From positions 229,371-293,370 of the forward strand of contig CAJINV010000007.1 in the NCBI GenBank assembly GCA_905178155.1: 64,000 nucleotides of DNA, read 5' to 3'. A model generated the notes under the pieces. That model had not been told where the DNA came from, did not search any database, and worked only from the letters and a program-made list of their open reading frames with translations. Of the stretch, positions 53,101 through 64,000 are shown in pieces (position 1 is the first letter of the stretch; each line of letters starts with the position of its first letter). The position numbers were made by a program, and so were the translations under genes. This DNA is from Amoebophrya sp. A120. Lineage: Eukaryota > Protista > Dinoflagellata.

Positions 53101-56100
53101 TACATGAAGCGCGTTTTTTGATCATCCTATCTGGCATTTATTTGTCATGCTAGCATCAGCATAAGCTGTTGAATAAACTCCCAGCTCGATGACCTTCGGG
53201 CAGGGACGTACTTAGGAGTTTTCACACGCGGTAGGAAGAACCCTTGCTTCTTATGCGGTGCAAAAGTATCGTACTCGTATGAATGCAGTACAAATTTCCT
53301 CAGCATGAGAAATAAAATTTCTTAATGCGGATTTCGCTTAACAAAAACAATTGTAATGCGTGAATGCGATCATTAGTACGAGTACGATACTGTTGCACAG
53401 GATACTTCTTGATCCCCAGCAACTTCGATCGTTTTCCTGCATGAAACACCAACACCTCGGGCGCCGCACTACCATATCCACTGCAAGTATGTCTGGGTCT
53501 GGAAACTTGTGATGCGGGTAGGACAATCACGAGGAAGCCTCAATTTGCAGCTCAGCATGACAAGTTTCTGAGTGCCTACGGTGTTGTGTATTCTGCATGA
53601 CAAAGCGCGTTTCTGCATGACAGAAAAATGGGACTTTTGGGTAATGTGCATGACAGACATTGGAATCATGCTAGCAGAGCATGACAAACCTTGGATTCTT
53701 CCAGACCCAGACATTTTTGCAGTTGGTATACCACTCTCAGACACCACCTGCGCACTCGAGAATACCGGCGGCACGACGGTTCTATCCCCCGATTGTGTGA
53801 ACACCGTCATGGTTATACGAGTGCACAACTCCCCCTCGCCCTCATTCGTCATGCTTAACAGACTGCGCAGCTAAAGCCCGGGGGGGTGCGGGGTCCGAGG
53901 GGTGCACAATGCACTGCCCTCATTTGTCATGCAAAACCCCAAGTCCAGGTGCTTCGCTTGGCTTCCCTGTGGCAATATTTGCATGACAGATTTTTCCGGA
54001 AAGAACCCAAATAGTACTACACCAGGTGGTCACCACTGAATTTGTCACGCACAGGCTTCACGTGTGCTGGTGTTTGTATTGCAGCTTATGCAAAAATACA
54101 AATGAGGAGGAGGGAGAGTTGTGCACTCTCATAATGGTCGTCAGCAAGTCATCGAACTTCACCGGGCGAAAAATGTCCATCATTTGCAAAAACGTCCCCG
54201 CCCCAGACTTGTCATGCAAACTGGCATGTCTAAAATGTTTCTCATGCGCAGCCCCATGATCATGAGAGCCATTTTCTATCTGGGAGTTTGTTTGTTATGC
54301 TGAAATCCGGATGAGGTGATGCGTCTGCACTACCTCGAACAGAACTACACTACGGATCCAAATCTGTCATGCGAAACAGCCAAAAGTTGGCGATTTGTGT
54401 AGCAATAAAGACACCATCTTGATTCTGGGGCCGGGCCGCCGTTTTTGCTCAGGATAATCTCCAGTAAATTGTCGGTGAAACGCACCGGAAACGACTGGTA
54501 ATACGGATGGTACAAGAACTCCTCGAGGTTTATTTTTTTGCCAAAAACTGGTGTCTTTTCCGACACTTGCAACAGCTTGCTACGGTGGATGAACGGCTCT
54601 CCTTGTGCCTTTTTACTGTCTCCCCCCACAACTTCCTCGTCGCTCGGCCACCCATACTTCGCATCTTTCGGGAGGAAGATCGGGGTGTCTTGCGTAACCA
54701 CTTTCCATATGGACTGCAAAAATGTCTGGGTCTGGAAATCACGCAAGTCGCGCTCGCGGACCACACTCATAGTCTGTAATGCAAACAGAAGCATCACAGA
54801 TTTTTTGAGACCTTCCGTATGCTTATTCCGCATGAGAAATTCGCCCTCTGCCTAGCGAGAATTGCGTAACTGTTGGCGTTCATGCAACACAGATTTTTTT
54901 GTGATCCGAAATCGCATGAAGACAGGCTTTATGTTTATTCTTCCAGACCCAGACATATTTGCAATGCATATTCCAGACGGTTTCGCTCATGGGAAACTGT
55001 CGGTCGCCCATTTGGACAAAAAGCTCGTTCGCCGCTGCTGGTGCTTCTTGTCCTCCCTTGATTGATTCTTTATCTTTCCCCCACCGGACCGGGATACTTT
55101 GCAAACCGTTCCTCCGTATCAAGAGCAAATATGTCTGGGTCTGGAGGAAACTTGTGATGCAAATCTACGAATTGTGCGCGCACTACAATACGCAGCCCAG
55201 CATGACAAGTATTTGCGCTGCTGTGTGTTTCGTTTTTCGCATGACAAACTAAATTTTTGCATGAAGGGGCCCTTTTCCTGCTCATGCATCACAGATTTCA
55301 GACTCATGCCAGGCAGGCATGACAAACTTGCATTTTTCCCGACCCAGACAAATTTGCATTTGATACTCCGCCGGTAATCCGACACTGCGTGAAAAAAGTC
55401 GACCACTTTTACCGCAAATTTTCTGCGTTCCAGCACCCAAGATGTTTCACCTTCTAGTGGGTTTAGTTCCTCTCCTCTTGCCCTTCGTCGCCGTCTTTCG
55501 TAACGGTGTCCTCTTTCTAATTCTTGGGTATCAGTACTTGCTAGAACGGTTTCAATTTCGATGGTGACCCGCAAGACAGCCTCGTGCCAGTGTATCCTGA
55601 GTAAAAACGTACCCACACCAGAGTCAAGATGGGGACTTTGCAACACAAACCTAGGAGTTTTGGGAGTCACGCATGACAAGTTTCAGTCCGTAAGGTAGTG
55701 CAAGTTAGCAAGGAAAGCCGCATCACAAATCGACCTGCTGATCCTGTTCACAGCATCACAAATTCCAAAACACGATTGGAAATGGCTCTCATGGGGATGC
55801 GCATCACAAATGTCTTTGTCATTGCAAATCTGCATTACAACTCTGGGGTGGGTACGTTTTTACTCAGGATACAGTCCCTCATGAGTTCAGTCCCGGCGTC
55901 TTCCAGTTGCATATCGTAGGAAAAAAGTGTTACAGTTACACACTCTGATGGAAGACAAGCAAGACAGACAACCTCTGTGATGCTGGAAATGCTTGCCAGC
56001 CTCATGATTATTTCATTCGCGTTTATTTCCATTAAAGCCTGCGCATCACAGGTTTTCTTTGCCATGCAGAGCAACTTTGTGATGCTGAAAGTCCAACAAA

Positions 56101-59100
56101 TGTGTAATTGTAACACTTTTTTCCTGTGATACTGTACCACCTTCACATACCGCGCAAAATTGGAATCAGCGGTAATAGTAAGCTGCGAAGTGCCTGGAAC
56201 AACATCAAGACCTCCTCGCATCGTCGTGCCAACCGCCGGATGTATTCGTTCACAGGAACACGGGGATCCACTCGAGGGTAGAGGTTCTTGCAGCGGGTGT
56301 CCTCGACGAACTTGCTGACTCAGCATGTTGATGTTGCTGTCCCCTCCAGTGTATCAAATGCAAAAGTGTCTGGGTCTGGAAGGTTGCAAGACTTGTCATG
56401 CAGATTTTCCATGACCCGCAACGCCTGTAATGCATGCCGTACCATCACAGATTTTTAGACGGCTTACTGATGCCTACTCCGCATGAGAAACGCCCTCTCC
56501 GCGTAGCACAAAGTGGACTCCTCTTGCTGGTCATGCAATACAGATTTCTTTAGAATCCAGAGATAGCATCACAAGTTGCAACCCTCCAGACCCGGACATT
56601 TTTGCAATCCATACAGTGGACATCAGTGCGCCGCCGGCGCGGCTGGTCCTTGTGCAAGGCGGACAAACCAGCTTGTCCCACCAATGAAAAGGTATCAAAT
56701 GCAAATATGTCTGGGTCTGGATGAGTGCAGCTTTGTCATGCACGTTTTGCATGAGCCATAATGTCTGTGATGTATGCCCTAGCGTGACAGATTCTTAGCA
56801 GGCTACGACCATCCTGATGCCTATTCCGCATGACAAATGCCCTCCCCACGTAGCACAAACTGGGCTCCTCTTGCTGGTCATGGTGCAATACAGATTTTTT
56901 TAGAATCCCAAGGCAGCCTCACAAGTTCCAACTTTCCAGACCCAGACACTTTTGCATTTGATAAAAGGTGCCGCGCAGCAGTTGCTACTCTCTCTGAAAG
57001 TCTCTTCCACCTTCTTCTTTGAAAATCTCTGGCGCGATGAACCGAGGCCGCGCGAGGACTGGGCAGCAGTAGGCGCCAAAGCAGTACCAGTCTCCTCCAT
57101 CCCGGCCCAGCTACGTGCGATATAACAGTGCACAACTCCCCCTCCCCCTCATTTGTATAGCATGAATGGCAACACAAACATCAGCAATAGTGCCGGTTTT
57201 GCATGACAAAATTTGCAACGGATTATAGTGCCATTTGGGCTACCAGAACTTGTCATGCAAACAGTGCCAAGAGGCAAAGGGTGGACTAGGTATTTTGCAT
57301 GACAAATCGGGGGAGGTGGAGTTGTGCACTGTGATATGCGACATACCGCTCCCACGTGAGGTCGAACTTGTGTCGTAGAATATCCGAGGCTATCAAATGC
57401 AAAAATGTCTGGGTCTGGAAGAATGCAACTTGTGATGCTGCATTTGGATATCTAAAAAAATTGTGTTGCATGAGCAGCAAAAGGATTCTACTTTTTGTTA
57501 CGCGGAGAGGGCATTTGTCACGCGGAATAGGCATTAGGAAGCCCTCAAAAAACCTGTGATGCTAGGTCATGCATTAGAGGCATCATCGATCATACAAAAT
57601 ATGCATGACAAGTCTCAGAATCTTCCAGACCCAGACATTTTTGCATTTGATAGAGGCAGCCGCGTTTCGGAATTCATGCCACTGCACTTCCCGGCAGTTG
57701 CTGTGCAACGAAGGTTCTAGTAGTTTCTGCGGCATCTTGGGGACACAGGGGTGCGGCAGCGATCCGTAGCTGAAACTCAGAATCGTTTTCAAGTTGTAGG
57801 CGACCAGGGGGCTACCATATTGCTTTCGCAGGCCGTGTAAAAGAATGGAATATTGCAGCGGCGGGTACAAATCGAAATCTTTATGCAGAGGGTTAGTACG
57901 AGCATGATCTTCTGGCAGTCGCTCGAGCAGAATCGGCGGGGGCGCCACGGACACAGCCTCGTATGGCGTCGAAATTGCCTCGAAAGCTATGGATTACAAA
58001 TATGTCTGGGTCTGGAATTTTGTATAATGCTAAAAGTGAATGGTAGACGCATTGCAATATTACGCAGCTATGCATGACAAATTTTTTTGGCTGCCATGTC
58101 TTACGTATTCCGCATGGCAAACTGCGTTTTTGCACGACAGGTAAGAGGGCCTTTTCGTGCCTATGCAACACAGATTCATCTCGAGAAGTCATGCCAGACA
58201 AGCATGACAAACTTGCATTCTTCCAGACCCAGACATTTTTGCATTTGATAAAAACCTGCCTGAACCGATCTTCCGGGGGAGCTTTTGGTGTCTTCTCGCC
58301 AATAAAGTAATACTCTGGGCCATCTTGCCCACCCGGCACGTCTTGCTTTTTCTGCTCGTCCTTTTTCTGCTCGTCCAGTGCGTTTCGAGCGCACTCTTGC
58401 ACGTCAGCTACAAATTTTCGATAGTCCTGACTGGCATGCTATTGAGAGGAAAAATCCCCCCTCCCCATATCGAAAAGGCATGTTTCCGAAAATTTGTGTT
58501 GCGTATTTGAGGTCACAAATCACGTCTGTCTTGCAAGAAGACAAGGGCAAAAGCTTCGCCCCCATTATGGAGGCGATTTGTCATGCTGTTGGGCCTAAAG
58601 CGGAGCCGTTTGCCATGCTGAACAACTAGACCGATACGCCCCTGCATAGCCTGTGGATCTGGCCGCGATGCCTTCCTGCAATACAAAGCCGATTTGTGTA
58701 CACAAATCCCGCATCACAGATTTCCATTTCGATATGGGGAGGGGGGATTTTTCCCTTTGATACATGCAGCGTCATGACCGCGTGGCTCCACACGACAGAG
58801 TCTACTGGGCGGACCGGCCCTTCTTGTCTTCCACCGTATGCAAGAAAAAAACTGTGTGAGTGTAAATTTGTGTTGCAGAACATGCAACAGAGTTACACCT
58901 GTCATGCAAGACAGCCATGAAGCTCTCTTTTCATGTGTGTTTTGCCTTACAAGCCACGCATGACAGGTTTTCTCTGTCGTGTAGAGCAAATCTGTGATGC
59001 TGTTCCTCAAAGAAAATTACACTTACACACTTTTTTTTCTGGATACACCGATGAGTTCTTGTACTATTTGCGCAGCCGCTTCAGGCTGGAACTCTGTCAC

Positions 59101-62100
59101 CACGTCCAGAAAGGTCATGCCGAAGGTCCGCGGCGCAGAAGACCTCGCGTACAAAAATTTCTCCACCTGCTCTTTTACTGCCTCGAGCTCGCTCGAGCTG
59201 ACCTTTGGTTGCTTGGTGAGCTGGGGTAAGGACTCGTGCTTCAATTCGTCAACCACCAACGCCCGGGCCCGCAAAACCATTTCCAGTATGGGACGCAGCA
59301 CGGGCTCAAACAAGTGCTCAAACATTGCCGCGCGGTGCAAAACCGTTTCGCCCAGAGGCGAAACCGAATAGGTGAGGACTATTTCCAGAAACGGCGCTAG
59401 ATCTATCCTGAGGAAAAACGTACCCACACCAGAGTTGTAATGCAGATTTGAAAAGACAGGAAGACTTGTAATGCGCATCCCCATGAGGGCCATTTCCAAT
59501 CGTGTTTTGGAATTTGTGATGCTGTGAACAGGATGAGCAGATGAATCTGTGATGCGGCTGCACTTGCTAACCTGCACTACACTGCATAGTGCAACTTGTC
59601 ATGCGTGACTCACAAAACTCCTAGGTTTGTGTTGCAAGATCCTCACCCTGACTCTGGTGTGGGTACGTTTTTACTCAGGATAAGATCTTGCAGTTGTTCC
59701 AACACTGTTCGCTGCCGGCGGGGAGAGGAGCCGCCAGCTGCATCTTGTTTTTTTTCTTCTTGCGGGACACCAATGGCAAACAAAAACTGGGTCAGCCACA
59801 CCGCCCGCGCGTCCAGCGAAATTCGCTCAAATTCGCTTGGGTTCTGCAGCTGCTCGTAGCTCATCTTCTTTCGCACCGATGCAGCTGCAATCGCCCGCTC
59901 CATTTCCGTATCAACTGCAATTGTGTGTCTGGGTGTAGAAGAATGCCAGACTTGTCGTGCAGGTTTTCCATGACCCATGAGGTCTGGCATGTAAGACATA
60001 GCATGACAGATTCTGTGAGAGTTCTATCTATCATGCCTATCCTGCATGAAAAACCGCCTCTCGATTGGCTCAAAGAAAAGTGGACAGCTTTTGGTAATCA
60101 TGCAACACAGTAGATTCTTTACATGATTCAGATTTAGCATGACAAGTTGCTTTGCTCCAGGCCCAGATATTTTTGCATTTGATATTCCGCCTCCGCGTGG
60201 CCGAGCGCCCGCATGAAAACGGTCTCACCCTCCACGTTATCGTGAAGAAAAATCCCTCCTCCACATACTCACAATGGAAATTTGTGCTGCTGATTTGTGA
60301 CCACGAATCAGCTCTGTCTTGCATATGAGGCAAATGGGAGCCGTGTGGCGCATTCCACAGCCAAGCTGTCGTGCGCTTCTGCCTAATGCAAAGCGGTTTG
60401 TCATGCCTGCGGAATTGCCTGAGTGCTAGCCTTTTGCATATTTTTACCTGATCAGGCTTAGAAAATGGAATGCCTACAAGCTCGCTTGTTGCAATACAGC
60501 TCTGTGTACAGAAATCCAGCAACAGAAATTTCCGTTTCAATATAATGGGGAGGTGGCTTTTTTCAACTTGATACACGTCCCGGGCCTGGAACAGTTCGTA
60601 AAGAATCATATCGCTCTATGAATGTGCACAACCCCACCCCCTCGTCCCTCTCGTTTGTCATGCAAAATCCCAAATCCAGTCGCTGCCTTGTGGCACTGTT
60701 TGCATCACAAATTTATTTATCGGGAAGCCCGAATAGAAATAGTTGTATTTTTACACATAGGCACATAAATTTGTTATGCATATGCACAGGCTCCATGCGT
60801 GCTGGCGTGGTCATGTGTATGGCTCTTCATGCCAACCTACAAATGAGGGGGAGGGGACGAAGTTGTGCACTCTCGTACCGTCACCATTCTGTCGTTTCCG
60901 ATGTTTTTCGTGGAGAAGAAGGCCAAGCTCAAATGGAATCGCAACAGATCTTGATTGCCGCTCGCCTGCGCTGCTACGTGCAGCGGCGACCGTCTCAGCA
61001 GGTCTTTTGGCGCAAAAAACAGCTGCCATACGGCCGGGAAGGACCCAGCCTGTATCCTGTGTAAAAACGTACCCCAGAGTTGTCATGCAAATGCGCAATG
61101 ACAGGAAGATTTGTAATGCGCACTTCCATGAGAGGCATTTCCAGTCGTGTTTTGGAATTTGTAATGCTGTAAACAGGACGAGAAAATGGCTTTGTCATGC
61201 GGCTTTCCTTGCCAGCCAGTACTACACTGCAGATGGAAACTTGTCATGCAGAACCTCTAAAACTTGGGGATTTGTGTTGCAGACTTCCCATCTTGACTAT
61301 GGTGTGGGGACGTTTTTACATAGGATAGCCTCCGGATTTTCGCTTTCCCTTTCTCGCTTCTCAAGTGCGGTTTTCAGCAGTTCCAATTCTGCGATGTGGC
61401 CTATCAAAAGGAAAAATGCCCCCTCCCCGTATCAAAACGGAAATTTGTGTTGCTGATTTGCGACCACAAATCATGTTGTCATGCTGGAGGGCAAAGGATG
61501 CGGACTGTAGTGCTGGCTGGCGTTGGAAAGCCTTGCATCTTCAGCATGACAGGAGGCAACTGGAAGAGGGAAACAGCATAACAAATTGCCTACAATTCAG
61601 GCGACAGTTGCGTCTTTTGCCTTTCTAGCAATACAAGTCGATTTGTGTACGCAAGTCCAGCATCACAAATGTCCTCTTCGATATGGGGAGGGGGGGTTTT
61701 TCCTCGCAATATGGCCGAAGGGCGCGTCCTTGTGAAGTTTTTGCGTGCCCTCCGCACGCAGAAACCGAATTTGGTCCGCAAGCAGCGCCGAGCCTTCCCA
61801 GTCTTTTTCCTTGTCGTCTAACACTATCTTCAGCTTCGAAAAAAAGACCCCGGCCATCTGCAGGGTACTAGTCCGCTCCCCGGCCCCGGAATAGAGAAGA
61901 TGAAAATTGCTCCGGCCTGCATTGTATCAAATGTAAAAATGTCTGGGTCTGGAAAAGTGGAACCTGTAAGTATTGCGTGGTTTGGATCTCTGTAAAATCT
62001 GTTTTGCATGACCAGGAAAAGGAGCCTTCTTTTGTCATGCAAAAGCGCAGTTTCTCATGCGCACTACGCATGAGGAAGTGTCCGAAAAATTTGTCATGCT

Positions 62101-63957
62101 TGGTCGCACTCAGGAGCATGTTCAATCATCGCCACCCAGCATCACAAGTTTCCAGCAGACCCAGACATTTTTGCAGGTGATACATTGTCTGCCCCCCGAA
62201 GCCAAAGACGCGGAAACGTGCTTGCAATCGACCACTTGGGCTCCTGTGTTTCATCTTCCCGCCACACGTAATCTTTTTTCACTGCGTCCCATTCGAACAT
62301 CCTATCAAATGCAAAAGTGTCTGGGTCTGGAAAACTGCCAGACTTGTCATGCAGGTTTTCCATGACCCATGAGGTCTGGTCTGTAGGACAGAGCATGACA
62401 AATTCTGTGCGATCTCTCTCATGCCTATCCTGCATGAGAAACTCCCTCCCGACTTGGTCAAAACTGGACGACTTTTGGTAATCCGACAACACAGATTTTT
62501 GCATGTTTCAGATTTAGCATGACAAGTGTCACTCTTCCAGACCCAGACATAGTTGCAGTCCATACATCCCCTCGCGTGGCAATTGAATCTTTCCGAGCAA
62601 TTTTTCCATGAAGATGACATCCCGCTCCTTGCCCTATCACACAGAAAAAAGCTGGCAGGGCATATCTGTCATGACAAGTACTCGGAACAGCTTACATATC
62701 ACAAGTAGACGCGCATCTTGTGCAACTTGTGCGCCGTTTGTGATTTCAGGTCTTTTCGAAAACCGCTTTCTTCTTCCTCGCCTTGAGCGCTAGCCGAAGC
62801 CCAGTTGTTCGTCCTTTCTGCGCCCATATATGTGCGGCGAATGCGAAGCCTGTTCCTGTAAGAAGCTCAAAGCCAAGTCCATTCGTTTTACTTTCTAAAA
62901 TTTGCGCCTTCTTTCTCTTATGAATATGTGTATTTATTTTTGCATTACAAATACCAGCCATGCCCCGGCTGACGCCGGGGCGCAAGGCTGTTGGGGCGGG
63001 GCAGGACTATTTGCGGATCGGGCCACAGCGACAGGGCTTTACGGACAGCGTGACAGATCGAAGGAAGTTTCGGCGCCGGTTTGCGCCATGTCAACCCGCA
63101 GGGCCTCCTGCGCGCTTCCCGCGCCTTCAGGCGCTATGCGCAGAGAGCAGCTGCAGCGAAGCTTGAGGGCGAAGAGAAGCCGCCTCGGCATCGGTGCCGA
63201 AGCAGAACTCGGACCGCGCTGCCCTTTGTTGATCACACACACGCCCGCCCCCGCCCAACTGGCTTCCCGGCGGAAGCTGTTGGCGCGAGCGGTTAGCGCG
63301 AGAGGGTCCGCGAGAGGGTGCGCGAGAGGGTGCGCGGGGGGGTAGCGCGAGAGGTGTGGGCCTACACCGTGAAACAGTCCCACCAAAATCGGCCTCGTGC
63401 TGGGCGGATTCGGTTCTTTTTTACCCCCTCGCAGGCCCTCTTTTTGGCCTCTCCCAAGGGGTGTGGCTAATAATCCGGCTATACTCGCCGGTAGAGGTCT
63501 ACAGAGGTGGCCGAGAGGTGGCCCAGAGAGTGCGCGAGGGGTTCGCCCTTATTCGCGCAACCTCTCGGCACCTCTGTCCCCCTCTCGCTTACCCTCTCCC
63601 GGCCCTATCGGCCACCTCCGTCCCCCATAGGCGCGGCTTTAGGGCGACCGGTTCGGCTGGCTATACTCGCGCCACCTCTCGGCCACCCTCCCGAATGACC
63701 TCCCGCGCCACCTTTCCACCTCTGTGGACCTCTTTTTGACCTCTTTTCACGTCTTTTTGACCTCTCGGCCACCTCTCTTCTATCCTCTGTAGACCTCTTT
63801 TTTCGCATGAATATAATAGATAGTGATGCCCTCCCAGCTTTTTTCTCTGGGATATGCCCATCCGGATGCGCATGCCACTGAAGGTTTCCGCTGTCTCCAC
63901 CGAAGTGCTCGACCAGAGCTGCATCACCACCCACGAAACAAACAGGTCCTGTGCGGC
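50167..63957 (-). CDS. Spliced gene (5' end beyond the window), >1,380 aa: degenerate ankyrin-like repeats plus C-terminal PARP-family ADP-ribosyltransferase domain; 33 exons visible
   Basis: Removing 32 introners gives one open frame: EVLVFHAG...IKKQGFFPPMVRRYSWYGKGFYFAVQMCKAHYY...HALLLIKANLG...PPHCDSLII...GQDHVELVVMDPARVLPLHLVQYE...stop at 50167. Ankyrin-like KDLLRRSPLHVAAQASGNQDLLRF and ADNAGRSNFHLL. Confidence 0.85.
51145..51426 (-). mobile_element. ~280-bp insertion nested in an A-family introner; possible retroelement 3' fragment
   Basis: Interrupts the usual CCAAGTCGGGAGG (cf. 62440-62465). Minus strand shows the end of a reading frame, a 35-bp tandem duplication and an (ACGAT)2 terminus. 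Confidence 0.5.
62635..63854. mobile_element. Enlarged (1.2 kb) singleton introner with GC-rich internal filler
   Basis: TIR TATC(A/C)CA(C/G)AGAAAAAAGCTGG(C/G)AGGGCAT; perfect TSD TGCCC; in-frame join RIRMG|KERD. Confidence 0.85.
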
Positions 63958-64000
63958 TATCGTACCGGAGATCCGGTAATTTAATCCCAGCCTAGCTTTA
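63958..64000. mobile_element. Probable left end of another introner, truncated by the window edge
   Basis: Begins TATCGTACC... where the plausible exon reading (AAQDLFVSW) ends; the other end is not visible. Confidence 0.45.

Noticed and set aside
12346-62640. Numerous short ORFs with PDPDIF, FQTQT, MSGSG, CKNVWVWK or CHA/FVM/HDK motifs as a protein family
   Set aside because: These are translations of the TIRs and the shared decamer in all six frames.
1-64000. Transposase, reverse transcriptase, rRNA or tRNA genes
   Set aside because: None recognisable. The enzyme that mobilises or removes the elements is not identifiable in this window.

Overview
Eukaryotic (not prokaryotic) DNA carrying four co-oriented minus-strand genes. 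Three of them are interrupted by 83 complete short elements (mostly 150-330 bp, 9 multi-copy sequence families plus 5 singletons) and one more element that runs off the right edge. Nearly all begin TAT and end ATA, have terminal inverted repeats (TIRs), sit between 5-bp direct repeats (target-site duplications, TSDs) and carry many copies of one shared internal motif (TTTGTCATGC/GCATGACAAA). I walked the junctions by hand: removing an element plus one 5-bp copy restores an open frame at each of these elements. This rebuilds a ~321-aa membrane protein (6024-2011), a ~3,300-aa RING-H2 protein (35155-10401; one further junction at 13864-15354 is unresolved) and a >1,380-aa ankyrin-like + PARP-domain protein (beyond 63957 to 50167). 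The elements lack consistent GT-AG ends and occur in both orientations, so they behave as non-canonical, transposon-derived introns (introners). This resembles what I recall being reported for the parasitic dinoflagellate Amoebophrya (recalled, not verified here). Most entries in the ORF track are artefacts of these repeats. The window also holds an element-free 1507-aa OPR/RAP-like ORF, palindromic 132-134 bp satellites, a 166-bp satellite inside an introner, and nested hAT-like, Helitron-like and retro-like insertions. Coordinates were counted by eye and may be off by 1-2 nt.
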